A stretch of 39,694 nucleotides of DNA, taken from the NCBI GenBank assembly GCA_009920585.1, contig RFZT01000001.1:1-39694 (forward strand). Direction: 5' to 3'. Within the stretch, counting starts at the first letter, position 1; each line of letters opens with the position of its first letter. The stretch comes from a bacterium (lineage in GTDB: Bacteria; Verrucomicrobiota; Verrucomicrobiia; Chthoniobacterales; Terrimicrobiaceae). The notes under the pieces were generated by a model, which saw only the letters and a list, made by a program, of their open reading frames with translations, did not search any database and was not told where the DNA came from. The position numbers and the translations under genes were made by a program. Of this stretch, positions 6,943 through 15,648 are shown piece by piece.

Positions 6943-8241
6943 TTAGACTCCGCGAAGGCCGGTGAGGAGGAGTTCGGCGTTGGACTTGGTGTGCTGGAGG
7001 TTGGAGACGAGGATTTCCATGGCTTCCGCTGCGGGGAGCTCGGAGAGTTGACGTCGGAGTTGGGCCACGCGCTCTTGCTCGTCAGGGTGGAGGAGTAACT
7101 CATCGCGGCGGGTGCCGGATTTGACGATTTGGATGGCAGGAAAAATGCGCATCTCGGCAATGGAACGATCCAAGTGGAGTTCCATGTTTCCAGTGCCTTT
7201 GAACTCCTCAAAAATGAGGTCGTCCATGCGGCTGTGCGTTTCGATGAGCGCGGTGCCAAGGATGGTGAGACTGCCGCCTTCTTCGGTGTTGCGGGCGGAA
7301 CCAAAGAATTTTCTGGGCTTGGCTAGGGACTTGGCATCGACGCCACCGCTCATGGTGCGGCCTTTTCCCGACTGGAGGTTATTGTAGGCCCGAGCCATGC
7401 GTGTGATCGAGTCGAGGAGGATAATCACGTCACGACCAAGCTCTACCAAGCGCTGGGCTCGATTTGCCACAGATTCGCAGATCTGCACGTGGCGGGCGAC
7501 AGGTTCGTCAAAAGTGGATGCGTATATTTCGCAATCAAGTGCCCGGCGCATATCGGTGACTTCTTCGGGGCGTTCGTCCACGAGGAGGAGAATGAGAGCG
7601 GCATCGGGATGATTGACGCGGATGCTGCGGGCGAGTGTCTGCAGCATGATTGTCTTGCCGGCGCGAGGAGCCGCGGCAATGAGGCCGCGTTGCCCCATGC
7701 CGATGGGAGTGATGAGGTCCACTGCTCGTGCAGCAAGTTCGGGTTCGGTGGGGGTCTCAAGGAAAACGCGGCGATTGGGGAAGAGGGGCGTGAGCTTCTC
7801 GAACTCGGTCGGGGGTTTCCATTCTAAGACGGGAATTCCTTCGATAAATAAAATCTCTTCCGCCATGAGTCCTTGCTCGCGACCTTGGGGAGGACGGACT
7901 TTGCAAGTGAGCATGACGCCGGGCTGAAGCGAAAATTTTCGCATCAGTTGGTGAGGAACTGTGACGTCGTCCGCTCCGGGGCGCAGGTCGTAGGCGGTCC
8001 AGCGGAGGACTCCGGCGTCTGGGGTTTTTTCTAAAAGTGCGGTGCCAGTGGCTGTGCCGCCTTGGGCGAGTTGATACCGGATCTGGTCGAGAATGAGTTG
8101 GCGCCTGGTGAGGTCGGGACGAAGACGCAGGCCGCTCTCCACCGCCATTCGGAGAATCTCACTGAGCGGGAGCTTTTGGAGCTCATTGATGAGGAGCGGG
8201 GAGGTAGCTTCGGGAGTGGTAGGCGAGGGCGTCATTAGCAA
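6943..8241 (-). CDS. rho: Transcription termination factor Rho
   Basis: 432-aa ORF with an N-terminal Rho RNA-binding region, a Walker A motif ([12 protein letters not shown]), [14 protein letters not shown], and [34 protein letters not shown]. Confidence 0.96.
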   Translation of the reverse strand: MLMTPSPTTPEATSPLLINELQKLPLSEILRMAVESGLRLRPDLTRRQLILDQIRYQLAQGGTATGTALLEKTPDAGVLRWTAYDLRPGADDVTVPHQLMRKFSLQPGVMLTCKVRPPQGREQGLMAEEILFIEGIPVLEWKPPTEFEKLTPLFPNRRVFLETPTEPELAARAVDLITPIGMGQRGLIAAAPRAGKTIMLQTLARSIRVNHPDAALILLLVDERPEEVTDMRRALDCEIYASTFDEPVARHVQICESVANRAQRLVELGRDVIILLDSITRMARAYNNLQSGKGRTMSGGVDAKSLAKPRKFFGSARNTEEGGSLTILGTALIETHSRMDDLIFEEFKGTGNMELHLDRSIAEMRIFPAIQIVKSGTRRDELLLHPDEQERVAQLRRQLSELPAAEAMEILVSNLQHTKSNAELLLTGLRGV

Positions 8242-8340
8242 TAGAAAAAATCTAAGCGGTGGCAGAAATTAAGGCCAAGCGAGCTCGGGTTAGCCGATTT
8301 CCAAGGAATCTTGGAAGTTTCAAACGGAGACCGAGATTAG

Positions 8341-8381
8341 GAAACGGAAAGGCCCGCGTCTAGGTTGCAAGGCCCGCGGGC
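8341..8381 (-). terminator. Putative intrinsic terminator after the rpsP / KH / small-protein unit, upstream of the rho leader
   Basis: On the minus strand GCCCGCG (8381-8375) pairs with CGCGGGC (8358-8352) around a 16-nt loop, followed by CTTTCCGTTTC. It begins 10 nt after the stop at 8392. The same region contains a direct repeat of GGCCCGCG (8351-8358 and 8371-8378). Confidence 0.4.
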
Positions 8382-8391
8382 GAGAAGAGAC

Positions 8392-8595
8392 TCAGTTTTT
8401 CTTTTCCGGAAAAAAGCTCGGGGCGTTGGGATCGGTCGCCTCTTTTTGGGTGGCTTTTTCTTTGGCTTGGGCTTCGGAGGCTTTCACTTTTTCCGCATGG
8501 CCAGAAATGGTCTCCGAAGCGGGGTGGCGTTCGCAGCCGGTTTGAAACGGGATGATGGCCAAGGCAGCGAGGAGGGCGGATATCTGGAGTTTCAT
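8392..8595 (-). CDS. Small secreted or lipoprotein-like protein (67 aa)
   Basis: N-terminal signal-like segment MKLQISALLAALAIIPFQTGC with a Cys in a non-canonical lipobox position, then a Lys/Glu/Ala-rich tail. Its ATG overlaps the KH-protein stop as ATGA (8592-8595). Confidence 0.5.
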   Translation of the reverse strand: MKLQISALLAALAIIPFQTGCERHPASETISGHAEKVKASEAQAKEKATQKEATDPNAPSFFPEKKN

Positions 8596-8825
8596 TGTTC
8601 GATGAGGTCGAGAGTGGCGAGGAGGTTGCGTTTGCTGGCGGAGGTGTTGAGCAGGGTGCGGAGCGCGCGGATCGTGCTTCCGCCTTTTCCGATGACCTTC
8701 GGAGCATCGGAGCTACGTAGTGCCACGTGGAAGGAAATGCGATCTGGCATTTCCGTCTTATGTATCACGACTTCATCGGGAAATTCCACGATGGAGTTGA
8801 GGACGTAGCGTAGGAATTCCTCCAT
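8592..8825 (-). CDS. KH-domain RNA-binding protein (YlqC / UPF0109 family)
   Basis: The 77-aa version from ATG 8825 reads MEEFLRYVLNSIVEFPDEVVIHKTE..VALRSSDAPKVIGKGGSTIRALRTLL, with the GKGG KH motif, and sits in the conserved position right after rpsP. The 145-aa ORF in the track is an upstream extension that overlaps rpsP. Confidence 0.85.
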   Translation of the reverse strand: MEEFLRYVLNSIVEFPDEVVIHKTEMPDRISFHVALRSSDAPKVIGKGGSTIRALRTLLNTSASKRNLLATLDLIEQ

Positions 8826-8838
8826 GTCCCTTGGCTGC

Positions 8839-9090
8839 TTAGGCTGCCAATTTTTTGCGGGATTTATTGATGATGCTGCCCACGGTTTGGCTTGGGCGTG
8901 CACCGCAGGAGATCCAATATTCGGCGCGGTCGAGCTTGATGTTGAAATTCTCGCCTTCGACTTTCGGGTCGTATTTGCCGATGATTTCGATGAATTTGCC
9001 GTCACGTGGGCTGCGCTGATCAGCAACAACGATGGTGTAATACGGGTGATTTTTGGCGCCTTCGCGGCGGAGTCGGATTGCTACTGCCAT
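8839..9090 (-). CDS. rpsP: 30S ribosomal protein S16
   Basis: 83 aa starting MAVAIRLRREGAKNHPYYTIVVADQRSPRDGKFIEIIGKYDP, a canonical S16 N-terminus. Confidence 0.96.
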   Translation of the reverse strand: MAVAIRLRREGAKNHPYYTIVVADQRSPRDGKFIEIIGKYDPKVEGENFNIKLDRAEYWISCGARPSQTVGSIINKSRKKLAA

Positions 9091-9214
9091 AGTAATATCT
9101 TCTTAAGTTTAGGGCTTAAGGTGTCTGTTGAATTGGATTGGTTAGTTAATTTTTAGGTAGGCGGGTGAGGGAATCTGATCTGTTGCAGAAGCGGTTTTTT
9201 GGAGCCGTTTCCGC

Positions 9215-10537
9215 TTAGAATTTGAATCCAGCGCCTGCTTTGGCCATGAGTTTTTTCATGGCTCCCATATTTTTCATCATCTTGCGCATCTGGTTGAAGC
9301 GCAAGATTAAGTTGTTGACCTCGGTGACGCTTACGCCGCTGCCTCGGGAGATCCGCTGGCGCCGGCGTGCATTCAGAATATCTGGTTTTGCACGTTCGCG
9401 CGGAGTCATGGAGAGAATAATCGCCTCCACCCGTTTCAGTTGCTTTTCATCAATCGAAGAATCTTTGATCTTATCCATTCCTGGGATCATGCCAAGAATA
9501 TTTTCGAGGGGTCCCATCCGACGGATCATTTTAAATTGCTGGAGAAAATCGGTGAGGTCGAATGTGGCGGTGCGGAGTTTTTCCTCCATGCGACGAGCCT
9601 CGTCTTCGGAGATGGCTTCTGAGGCGCGTTCGACGAGGCTGACCACGTCGCCCATTCCGAGGATGCGACCGGCGAGGCGGTCGGGATGGAATGTCTCAAA
9701 CTGGTCGATCTTTTCTCCGACGCCGGCGAATTTGATCGGGCGTCCGGTGACCGAGCGAAGGGAGAGGGCGGCGCCGCCACGGGCATCGCCATCGAGCTTC
9801 GTCAGGATGAGTCCAGTAAGCCCGAGGGCGGCGTGGAAGTGCTCCGCCACGCTGACGGCTTGTTGGCCAGTGGCGGCATCGCAAACGAGGAGAACTTCCT
9901 GCGGTTGGAGAAAGTCGCGAAGGCGCTTGAGTTCCTCGATGAGCGGACCGTCGATTTCCTGGCGTCCGGCGGTATCGAAGATTTGCACATTGCCGCCAGT
10001 CGAGTCGCACCATTCTAGGGCGCGTTTCGTGGAGCGAAGGATATCGCTCTCTCCGTCCTCAGGGCGAAAAACGGGAACATCGATCTGGTCGGCGAGAACG
10101 GCAAGTTGGTCGATGGCGGCGGGTCGATGAAGATCGCTCGCGATAAGGAGCGGCGAGCGACCTTGGGATTTTAAAAGCCGCGCAAGCTTTGCTGAAGACG
10201 TTGTTTTGCCTGCGCCATTCAAGCCAACAATGAGGATGCGGCAGTTCTTCGACTGATCTAGCGGGGCTGTATCTCCGCCAAGAAGAGCGCAGAGTTCCTC
10301 ATGGAAAATTTTAACAATTTGTTGGCCTGGAGTGACGCTTCGGAGCACCTGCTCGCCGAGGGCCTTCTCTTTGACCTTTGCGATAAAATCTTTCGCTACT
10401 TGAAAGTGGACATCGGCATCAAGCAGCGCCATACGGACCTCGCGGAGCGCATCCGTGACATTGGATTCTGAGATTTTGCCCTGACCGCGGAGGTTTTTGA
10501 AGGCGTCCTGAAGTTTATCTGAGAGTCGGGCAAACAT
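9215..10537 (-). CDS. ffh: Signal recognition particle protein Ffh
   Basis: 440 aa with NG-domain motifs GLNGAGKTTS, DTAGR and TKLDGDARGGAALS, and a Met-rich M-domain tail (MRKMMKNMGAMKKLM). Confidence 0.96.
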   Translation of the reverse strand: MFARLSDKLQDAFKNLRGQGKISESNVTDALREVRMALLDADVHFQVAKDFIAKVKEKALGEQVLRSVTPGQQIVKIFHEELCALLGGDTAPLDQSKNCRILIVGLNGAGKTTSSAKLARLLKSQGRSPLLIASDLHRPAAIDQLAVLADQIDVPVFRPEDGESDILRSTKRALEWCDSTGGNVQIFDTAGRQEIDGPLIEELKRLRDFLQPQEVLLVCDAATGQQAVSVAEHFHAALGLTGLILTKLDGDARGGAALSLRSVTGRPIKFAGVGEKIDQFETFHPDRLAGRILGMGDVVSLVERASEAISEDEARRMEEKLRTATFDLTDFLQQFKMIRRMGPLENILGMIPGMDKIKDSSIDEKQLKRVEAIILSMTPRERAKPDILNARRRQRISRGSGVSVTEVNNLILRFNQMRKMMKNMGAMKKLMAKAGAGFKF

Positions 10538-10624
10538 GCGGGATTAATCTAAATGGCCCGTTCCGGTTGGAAAGGGGTTTTTTATGGTTTGGCGATGCGC
10601 GTGGAAAAGACGTTTCCGCGCCGA

Positions 10625-11290
10625 TCAACGATCGTGACGTTGGCGCCATTTCACTCGGTACTCACGCATGTAGTCCACGATGCGGTCACGAATTCGAAAA
10701 ATGAGGCGGCGGGCGTGGTTGGCCCGTCTGCGGTCGAGGTGTCCTGCGTCGGCCAGCTTTTGAGCGGCTTCGAGGGAGTCGTTAGCGGATTTTAGGGCGC
10801 GCTTGAGGTAAGCGATCGTCATCCCGATCTCAGAGTGCTCGGTGCCACAAAGGGCGGCGGCGAGCTTGGCTCCACATACGGCAGAACGTGTCGCAAAGCG
10901 GATCGCCTCGGGGTTTTCGCGAAGATCCGCGCGTTTGTCGAAAAGGGTGTTCACCCAACGATGGAGACGGAGCGTGTCTTCGTAAACGGGCGATTGGGTG
11001 AATTCCTCAAACTCGTTTTCGTAATCTTCCTCATCCTCTCCAGATTCGCCTGAGAGGAGTTCCGTGGCCTCGGTCAAAAAATCCTCCACTTCCTCTTGAT
11101 CATCGTAGGCTGTGGCAAAAACATCCCATCCCATTTCTTCGGCGATAATGTCGTCGCGATCCGGGTCATCCATGTATTTTTCGAGTAACTGAAAATATTT
11201 TTCCGTATTGCGATCCTGCTGCTGGAGGAAGCGCTCCCAGACGTATTCGTCCCAAATCTCTTCGGGTGGAAAATCGTTGTTATCAGCCAT
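10625..11290 (-). CDS. Hypothetical protein with a highly acidic N-terminal half and a basic helical C-terminus
   Basis: 221-aa ORF packed tightly between rlmN (11-nt gap) and ffh. Coding-like composition. I recognise no motif. Confidence 0.6.
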   Translation of the reverse strand: MADNNDFPPEEIWDEYVWERFLQQQDRNTEKYFQLLEKYMDDPDRDDIIAEEMGWDVFATAYDDQEEVEDFLTEATELLSGESGEDEEDYENEFEEFTQSPVYEDTLRLHRWVNTLFDKRADLRENPEAIRFATRSAVCGAKLAAALCGTEHSEIGMTIAYLKRALKSANDSLEAAQKLADAGHLDRRRANHARRLIFRIRDRIVDYMREYRVKWRQRHDR

Positions 11291-11301
11291 TCTTAAAACC
11301 G

Positions 11302-12390
11302 CTAATTCAAGACGGGTTTTTCTGCAAAGGATTTTTCGACTTGAAGTCGAAGTTGCCCACAGGCTGCTGCGATATCGTGACCTTTTTCACGGCGGAGTGT
11401 GGCTTCCGCTCCGGCATTTCGGAGGATTGCAAGGAAGGCGTCCTGGCTATCCTCTTCCGGGCGGATCCAAGGGAGACCGTCCACGGCATTATAGGGAATT
11501 AGATTGACTTTGGCTCCGACGCGTCGGGCTTGTTTTGCCAGCAGACGGGCCTGGTCGAGTGAGTCGTTGACGTCGCGTATGAGGATATACTCAAAAGTGA
11601 TGCGTTGCTTTTTGATGCGGACGTAATCTTCGCAGGCGGACACCAATTCCTCGACGGGATATTTTTTGTTCACCGGCATGATCGTGCTACGGACTTCATC
11701 AGTCGCACCGTGGAAGGAAATGGCGAGTCGGACTTGGAGAGGTTGCGCGGCGAGCTTGCGGATTTGGGGAACGAGACCTGATGTCGAGACTGTCATGTGA
11801 CGGGCGCCGAGACCCACACCCCAAGGGGCATTCAGAATGCCGATCGCGCGGAGAAGATTGTCGTAGTTAGCCATCGGTTCGCCCATGCCCATAAAGACGA
11901 TGTTGTTGATCTTTTCGCCTGAAAGAGCCTCGACCTGTAAAAATTGATCGACGATTTCACCGGCATGGAGGTTGCGTTTCCACCCATCAAGACCGCTGGC
12001 GCAGAATTTGCATCCATAAGCACAGCCGACTTGGCTCGAAATGCAGATCGTGCGGCGATCCGAGGCTTCTCCGTAGAGTGCCGGGGACGCTGGAATGAGG
12101 ACGGTCTCAATCATCTGTCCATCAGGGAGACGGAATAGAAACTTTCGCGTGGTGTCCTTCGACCCGGTTTCGCGGATCTTTTCGAGGCGTGAATTTGGGA
12201 ATTCCTGCTTAAGGGCGTCTCTGAGCGGGGCCGGAAGATTCGACATATCGTCCCAGTCGCGGACACGGCGTTTGTATATCCAATCGAGCACCTGACCAGC
12301 GCGGTAGGCGGGTTGGCCGAGCGCGGTCATGCGGGCCTCCCAATCCTCTTTTGTCAATGCTAGCGCGTCCACAGACACATCAAAGCACAC
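11302..12390 (-). CDS. rlmN: 23S rRNA/tRNA (adenine-C2)-methyltransferase RlmN (radical SAM)
   Basis: 362 aa with CxxxCxxC (SSQVGCAYGCKFCASG), FMGMGEPMANYDN, a GHDIAAACGQL tail, and typical RlmN length. Confidence 0.92.
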   Translation of the reverse strand: MCFDVSVDALALTKEDWEARMTALGQPAYRAGQVLDWIYKRRVRDWDDMSNLPAPLRDALKQEFPNSRLEKIRETGSKDTTRKFLFRLPDGQMIETVLIPASPALYGEASDRRTICISSQVGCAYGCKFCASGLDGWKRNLHAGEIVDQFLQVEALSGEKINNIVFMGMGEPMANYDNLLRAIGILNAPWGVGLGARHMTVSTSGLVPQIRKLAAQPLQVRLAISFHGATDEVRSTIMPVNKKYPVEELVSACEDYVRIKKQRITFEYILIRDVNDSLDQARLLAKQARRVGAKVNLIPYNAVDGLPWIRPEEDSQDAFLAILRNAGAEATLRREKGHDIAAACGQLRLQVEKSFAEKPVLN

Positions 12391-12427
12391 GCCGTGGCGA
12401 AGGCAAGAGCCACTGCTCGTCTGTCGT

Positions 12428-14146
12428 TCAATTCCGACGGGACCATCTGTTTCGATCGGAGAAAAGAATGCATTCGCCGTCGATTGGAAGGGGGGTAAAA
12501 ACGGGCAGCGAAAATCCAGCCACTTCCGGAGGGCGCATGATCAAGAAAACCCAGTCGGTGTAGGCCCCTTTGTAGACCTCCGAAAAAAGCGAGCGGTTGC
12601 CGGTCAGGGGAGAGAGGTAAAGTCCAGTGAGAGATTTTCCAAGGAGTCGGTAATCACTAATGCGGTTGAATTGCTTGACTGTCTTGGGGAGGAGGAGCGA
12701 TTGACGCTGAGCATACCAGGCCACAGCCCAGGGCATGTCGGAGCAGATAGCCTCATTTTCTTCAAACCAATCTCCCAATATGGCAATGAATGGGGGAACG
12801 TAGGGTGGCCATTGGATCGCGCGGTCGGGACCGGATAGCAACGTCCCGATGAGTGGCAGAGCGCAAAGAAGAAGGAGCAAGGCGATGAAGGCGGATTTGA
12901 ATTTTGGGTTGTGGATTTCCAGTCGAGTCCAAAGAACCATCAGAAAAGACAGTCCGTAAAAGAGGAACAAGGGAACGAAGAGAATATGAAATTGATTGGG
13001 GGAGATGTTTTCCGTGACACCGAACACGCCCATTCCGAGGAATGCGCCGAACCACATGAGAAGGAGTATTGGTCGAAAAGAAGCGGCATTGGAGAGCTTG
13101 AATCGGTGCAGGAGGGATGCAAAAAACATCAGCGCCATTGCATTCATCCCGAGAAAGTCAAAAATATGTCCCACTTGGTAGTTGAGGGCTGTCCCGAAGC
13201 GCTTGAACATCGCCGATGCAGAAAATAAAGGCGGACCAACAAGCGTTCGCATGTATTCGGTTTCGGCCGATCCGGGGGGCGTGATCATTTCGTATCCGGC
13301 AAGGCCGAGGGGGTTGCCGCAAATGTAATGATTGCGCGCGAGCCATGGTCCGACGACCAAGACAAATCCGAGTATGGCAACAAGGGTGTTTAGGCTTCGG
13401 CGACGAAAATAAAAGGGAACAAAAATCAGCCAACCTAGAAAAATCCAGAACCCGACTACGTGGGCGAGCGTGAGGAGTCCAAAGACGAGCGAGCAGGCGA
13501 AGATGTGGAGGAGAGTGGAAGTTCCGAGATCGCGGCATTCAATGGCGCGCAAGGTGAGCCAAGTCGTGCATCCAAAAAGAAAGAGCATCAGCATCTGGGG
13601 AAGACCCGAGAGCGAGAACTGCCACATCATGTCCGTCAAAATGAGAGCAGTGCAGCCGATGAGAGCGGTTTTTTTATCAAACAAAGTCGCGCCCACAAAA
13701 TACCAGACGATCACGGCCAATAGGAAAAAGAGGATCGAGACACCGGCGATCATGCGGTCGCCAATATAAACGATATCCAGCGGCGTGAGCTTCCAATCGG
13801 TTTGAACTAATTTGAGAGGGAAGGCGTTGACGAGAGGATGCAGCGGAGATTGAAGGAATTCGGGAAAGTGGTGGCTAGGGATGGGCTTGCCGGCGTGCTC
13901 GAGTTGCCAGATGGCGAGTGGGCGGATGTATTGGGTTGTATAACCGTTTCCTTTAGCGATCTCGCGGGAGATTTGAGCCTGATCCATCGCGGCGGATATC
14001 GAAAACCCTCGAAATTGAACAAAGAGATAAACGAACGCCAGTGAGACGGCGAGAATCACAAGCGCGACGCTGCGTATATCGATAGAAGGTCCTTCCCGAG
14101 AAATAGGTGTCGAGACGGCAGGAGTGCCTTTCGGTGGCTTTTTCAT
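12428..14146 (-). CDS. Polytopic inner-membrane protein, possibly a GT-C (ArnT/PMT-like) glycosyltransferase
   Basis: 572-aa ORF with more than 10 hydrophobic segments. After TM1 there is a periplasmic-loop segment AMDQAQISREIAKGNGYTTQYIRPL, reminiscent of GT-C family first loops. It starts 7 nt after the response-regulator stop. The functional call is tentative. Confidence 0.55.
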   Translation of the reverse strand: MKKPPKGTPAVSTPISREGPSIDIRSVALVILAVSLAFVYLFVQFRGFSISAAMDQAQISREIAKGNGYTTQYIRPLAIWQLEHAGKPIPSHHFPEFLQSPLHPLVNAFPLKLVQTDWKLTPLDIVYIGDRMIAGVSILFFLLAVIVWYFVGATLFDKKTALIGCTALILTDMMWQFSLSGLPQMLMLFLFGCTTWLTLRAIECRDLGTSTLLHIFACSLVFGLLTLAHVVGFWIFLGWLIFVPFYFRRRSLNTLVAILGFVLVVGPWLARNHYICGNPLGLAGYEMITPPGSAETEYMRTLVGPPLFSASAMFKRFGTALNYQVGHIFDFLGMNAMALMFFASLLHRFKLSNAASFRPILLLMWFGAFLGMGVFGVTENISPNQFHILFVPLFLFYGLSFLMVLWTRLEIHNPKFKSAFIALLLLLCALPLIGTLLSGPDRAIQWPPYVPPFIAILGDWFEENEAICSDMPWAVAWYAQRQSLLLPKTVKQFNRISDYRLLGKSLTGLYLSPLTGNRSLFSEVYKGAYTDWVFLIMRPPEVAGFSLPVFTPLPIDGECILFSDRNRWSRRN

Positions 14147-14153
14147 TCAGGGC

Positions 14154-15518
14154 TTAATTTTTTTCGGCTCTTTTAAAAAGCTGCATTTCATTGAGGCGAC
14201 GATGGAGCGTGCGTCGACTGATGCCGAGTTTTTCTGCGGCCTCGCTGCGGTTTCCTCCACAGCTTTCGAGTGCCTTGAGAATGAGATTTGTTTCCGTATC
14301 GCGGATGTTTAGTCCTGAGATAGCGGGGGAGGGGACGCTTTGCGAAGTCGTTCCTCGAAGTGAGGACGGCAAGTCGCGAAGCCCAATCTGCCCGCTGGTG
14401 GACATCACCACGCCATGCTCGATCGCTGTTCGCAACTCGCGCACATTTCCTGGCCAGTCGTAATCAAGAATCCGCGCCATAGCTTCGGAGCTGAGTTCAC
14501 GGTGGGGTTTGGAATTTTCTAGTGCCGATTCCTTGAGGAAGGATTCCGCTAGCATGGGGATATCTACCTTGCGGTCGCGGAGTGGCGGCATGGTGAGTGG
14601 AACCACGTGAAGTCGGAAAAAAAGGTCTTCGCGGAATTTGCCCTCCGCGACGAGTTGCGACAGATCCTTGTTGGTCGCGGCGATGAGCCTCACATCAGTG
14701 GAAAGGGTTTCCCCGCCACCCACACGCTCAAAGGTGCGCTCGCCTAGAACGCGTAGGATTTTGACCTGCGTGCTAAGGTCGATTTCTCCGATTTCATCTA
14801 AAAATAAGGTGCCTCCTGCAGCTTGTTCAAAGCGTCCGATCCGGCGCTCGTGGGCCCCTGTGAAGGCGCCCTTCTCATGACCAAAAAGCTCGCTGGCGAG
14901 CAACTCTGGAGTCAGCGCGGCGCAATGCACGGCGACAAATTTTTCTTTCGCCCGCTGGCTCAGGTGGTGGATGGCGTGGGCGGCCAGCTCCTTCCCGGTT
15001 CCGCTCTCGCCTTGGATAAGCACCGTAGCTCGGGAAGGAGCGACCTGTTTGATTGTTTCAAAGACCTCCGTCATCACCGGCGAGTGGCCGATCATGCCCT
15101 CGATCTTGAACTGACGTTCCACTTTGGATCGCAATTCTTTATTTTCGAGGGATGTATTTCTCTCCCGAATGGACCGCTTGATGAGCATTTCCAGGCGGTC
15201 GATATTTACTGGCTTTGTCACAAAATCATAGGCGCCATGTTTCATCGCTTCGACGGCTGTATCCACCGATCCATAGGCCGTCATCATGATGCAGATGGGG
15301 GGATTGGAGCGCTTTGATACAGCTTGGATGAGTGACATGCCATCAGCGCCTCCAAGTTTGAGATCGGTGAGAATCACATCAACCGGAACGCTCTCGATGG
15401 TTTGTAATGCGCCATCGACATCTGCTGCCACGTAAACCTCAAAAGCATCCGAGAGCGCGTTACGCAATCCGTCGCGCGTGTTTTTCTCATCATCGACAAT
15501 CAGCAGTGTGGGAGACAT
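14154..15518 (-). CDS. Sigma-54-dependent response regulator (NtrC family: receiver + AAA+ + Fis-type HTH)
   Basis: 454 aa. The receiver has the DD pair (IVDDE), the acceptor Asp (ILTDLKLG) and VTKP. The AAA+ domain has GESGTGKE, the GAFTGA sigma-54 contact motif and DEIGE. The C-terminal HTH reads GGNRSEAAEKLGISRRTLHRRL. Confidence 0.92.
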   Translation of the reverse strand: MSPTLLIVDDEKNTRDGLRNALSDAFEVYVAADVDGALQTIESVPVDVILTDLKLGGADGMSLIQAVSKRSNPPICIMMTAYGSVDTAVEAMKHGAYDFVTKPVNIDRLEMLIKRSIRERNTSLENKELRSKVERQFKIEGMIGHSPVMTEVFETIKQVAPSRATVLIQGESGTGKELAAHAIHHLSQRAKEKFVAVHCAALTPELLASELFGHEKGAFTGAHERRIGRFEQAAGGTLFLDEIGEIDLSTQVKILRVLGERTFERVGGGETLSTDVRLIAATNKDLSQLVAEGKFREDLFFRLHVVPLTMPPLRDRKVDIPMLAESFLKESALENSKPHRELSSEAMARILDYDWPGNVRELRTAIEHGVVMSTSGQIGLRDLPSSLRGTTSQSVPSPAISGLNIRDTETNLILKALESCGGNRSEAAEKLGISRRTLHRRLNEMQLFKRAEKN

Positions 15519-15648
15519 CCAGTGTCAGTAAATCAAATCCCGTGGCGGCATCAACACTGCTTTGGGCGTATTTCAATAAGAGGGTGCTAAAATCCGCTCG
15601 GGCAGAGCGGGGTTGTCACACTGTCGCGCTGTTGAGATAGTCGAGCCT

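Noticed and set aside
8592-9029. 145-aa version of the KH-domain ORF
   Set aside because: The first 68 residues overlap rpsP in another frame and look non-protein-like (Ser/Ala/Thr/Lys-rich). The conserved KH protein begins at ATG 8825, 13 nt after the rpsP stop.
9222-10130. 302-aa plus-strand ORF antisense to ffh, plus similar antisense ORFs opposite tsf (26157..26654) and rpsB (26885..27553)
   Set aside because: These are shadow frames of well-supported minus-strand genes. They are Ser/Arg/Pro-rich and have no independent signals.
12329-13769. Several 60-170 aa plus-strand ORFs opposite the 572-aa membrane protein
   Set aside because: They are antisense to a long uninterrupted hydrophobic-protein frame, and they are Arg/Ser/Glu-rich with no motifs. 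I treat them as shadow ORFs.
15543-15560. TGGCGGCATCAACACTGC upstream of the ABC exporter, considered as a sigma-54 promoter
   Set aside because: The GG and GC dinucleotides are separated by 13 nt rather than the required 10, so it does not fit -24/-12 geometry.
15613-15648. TTG start at 15613 for the ABC exporter
   Set aside because: The extension MSHCRAVEIVEP adds nothing family-like. ATG 15649 gives the usual short cytoplasmic N-terminus before TM1.
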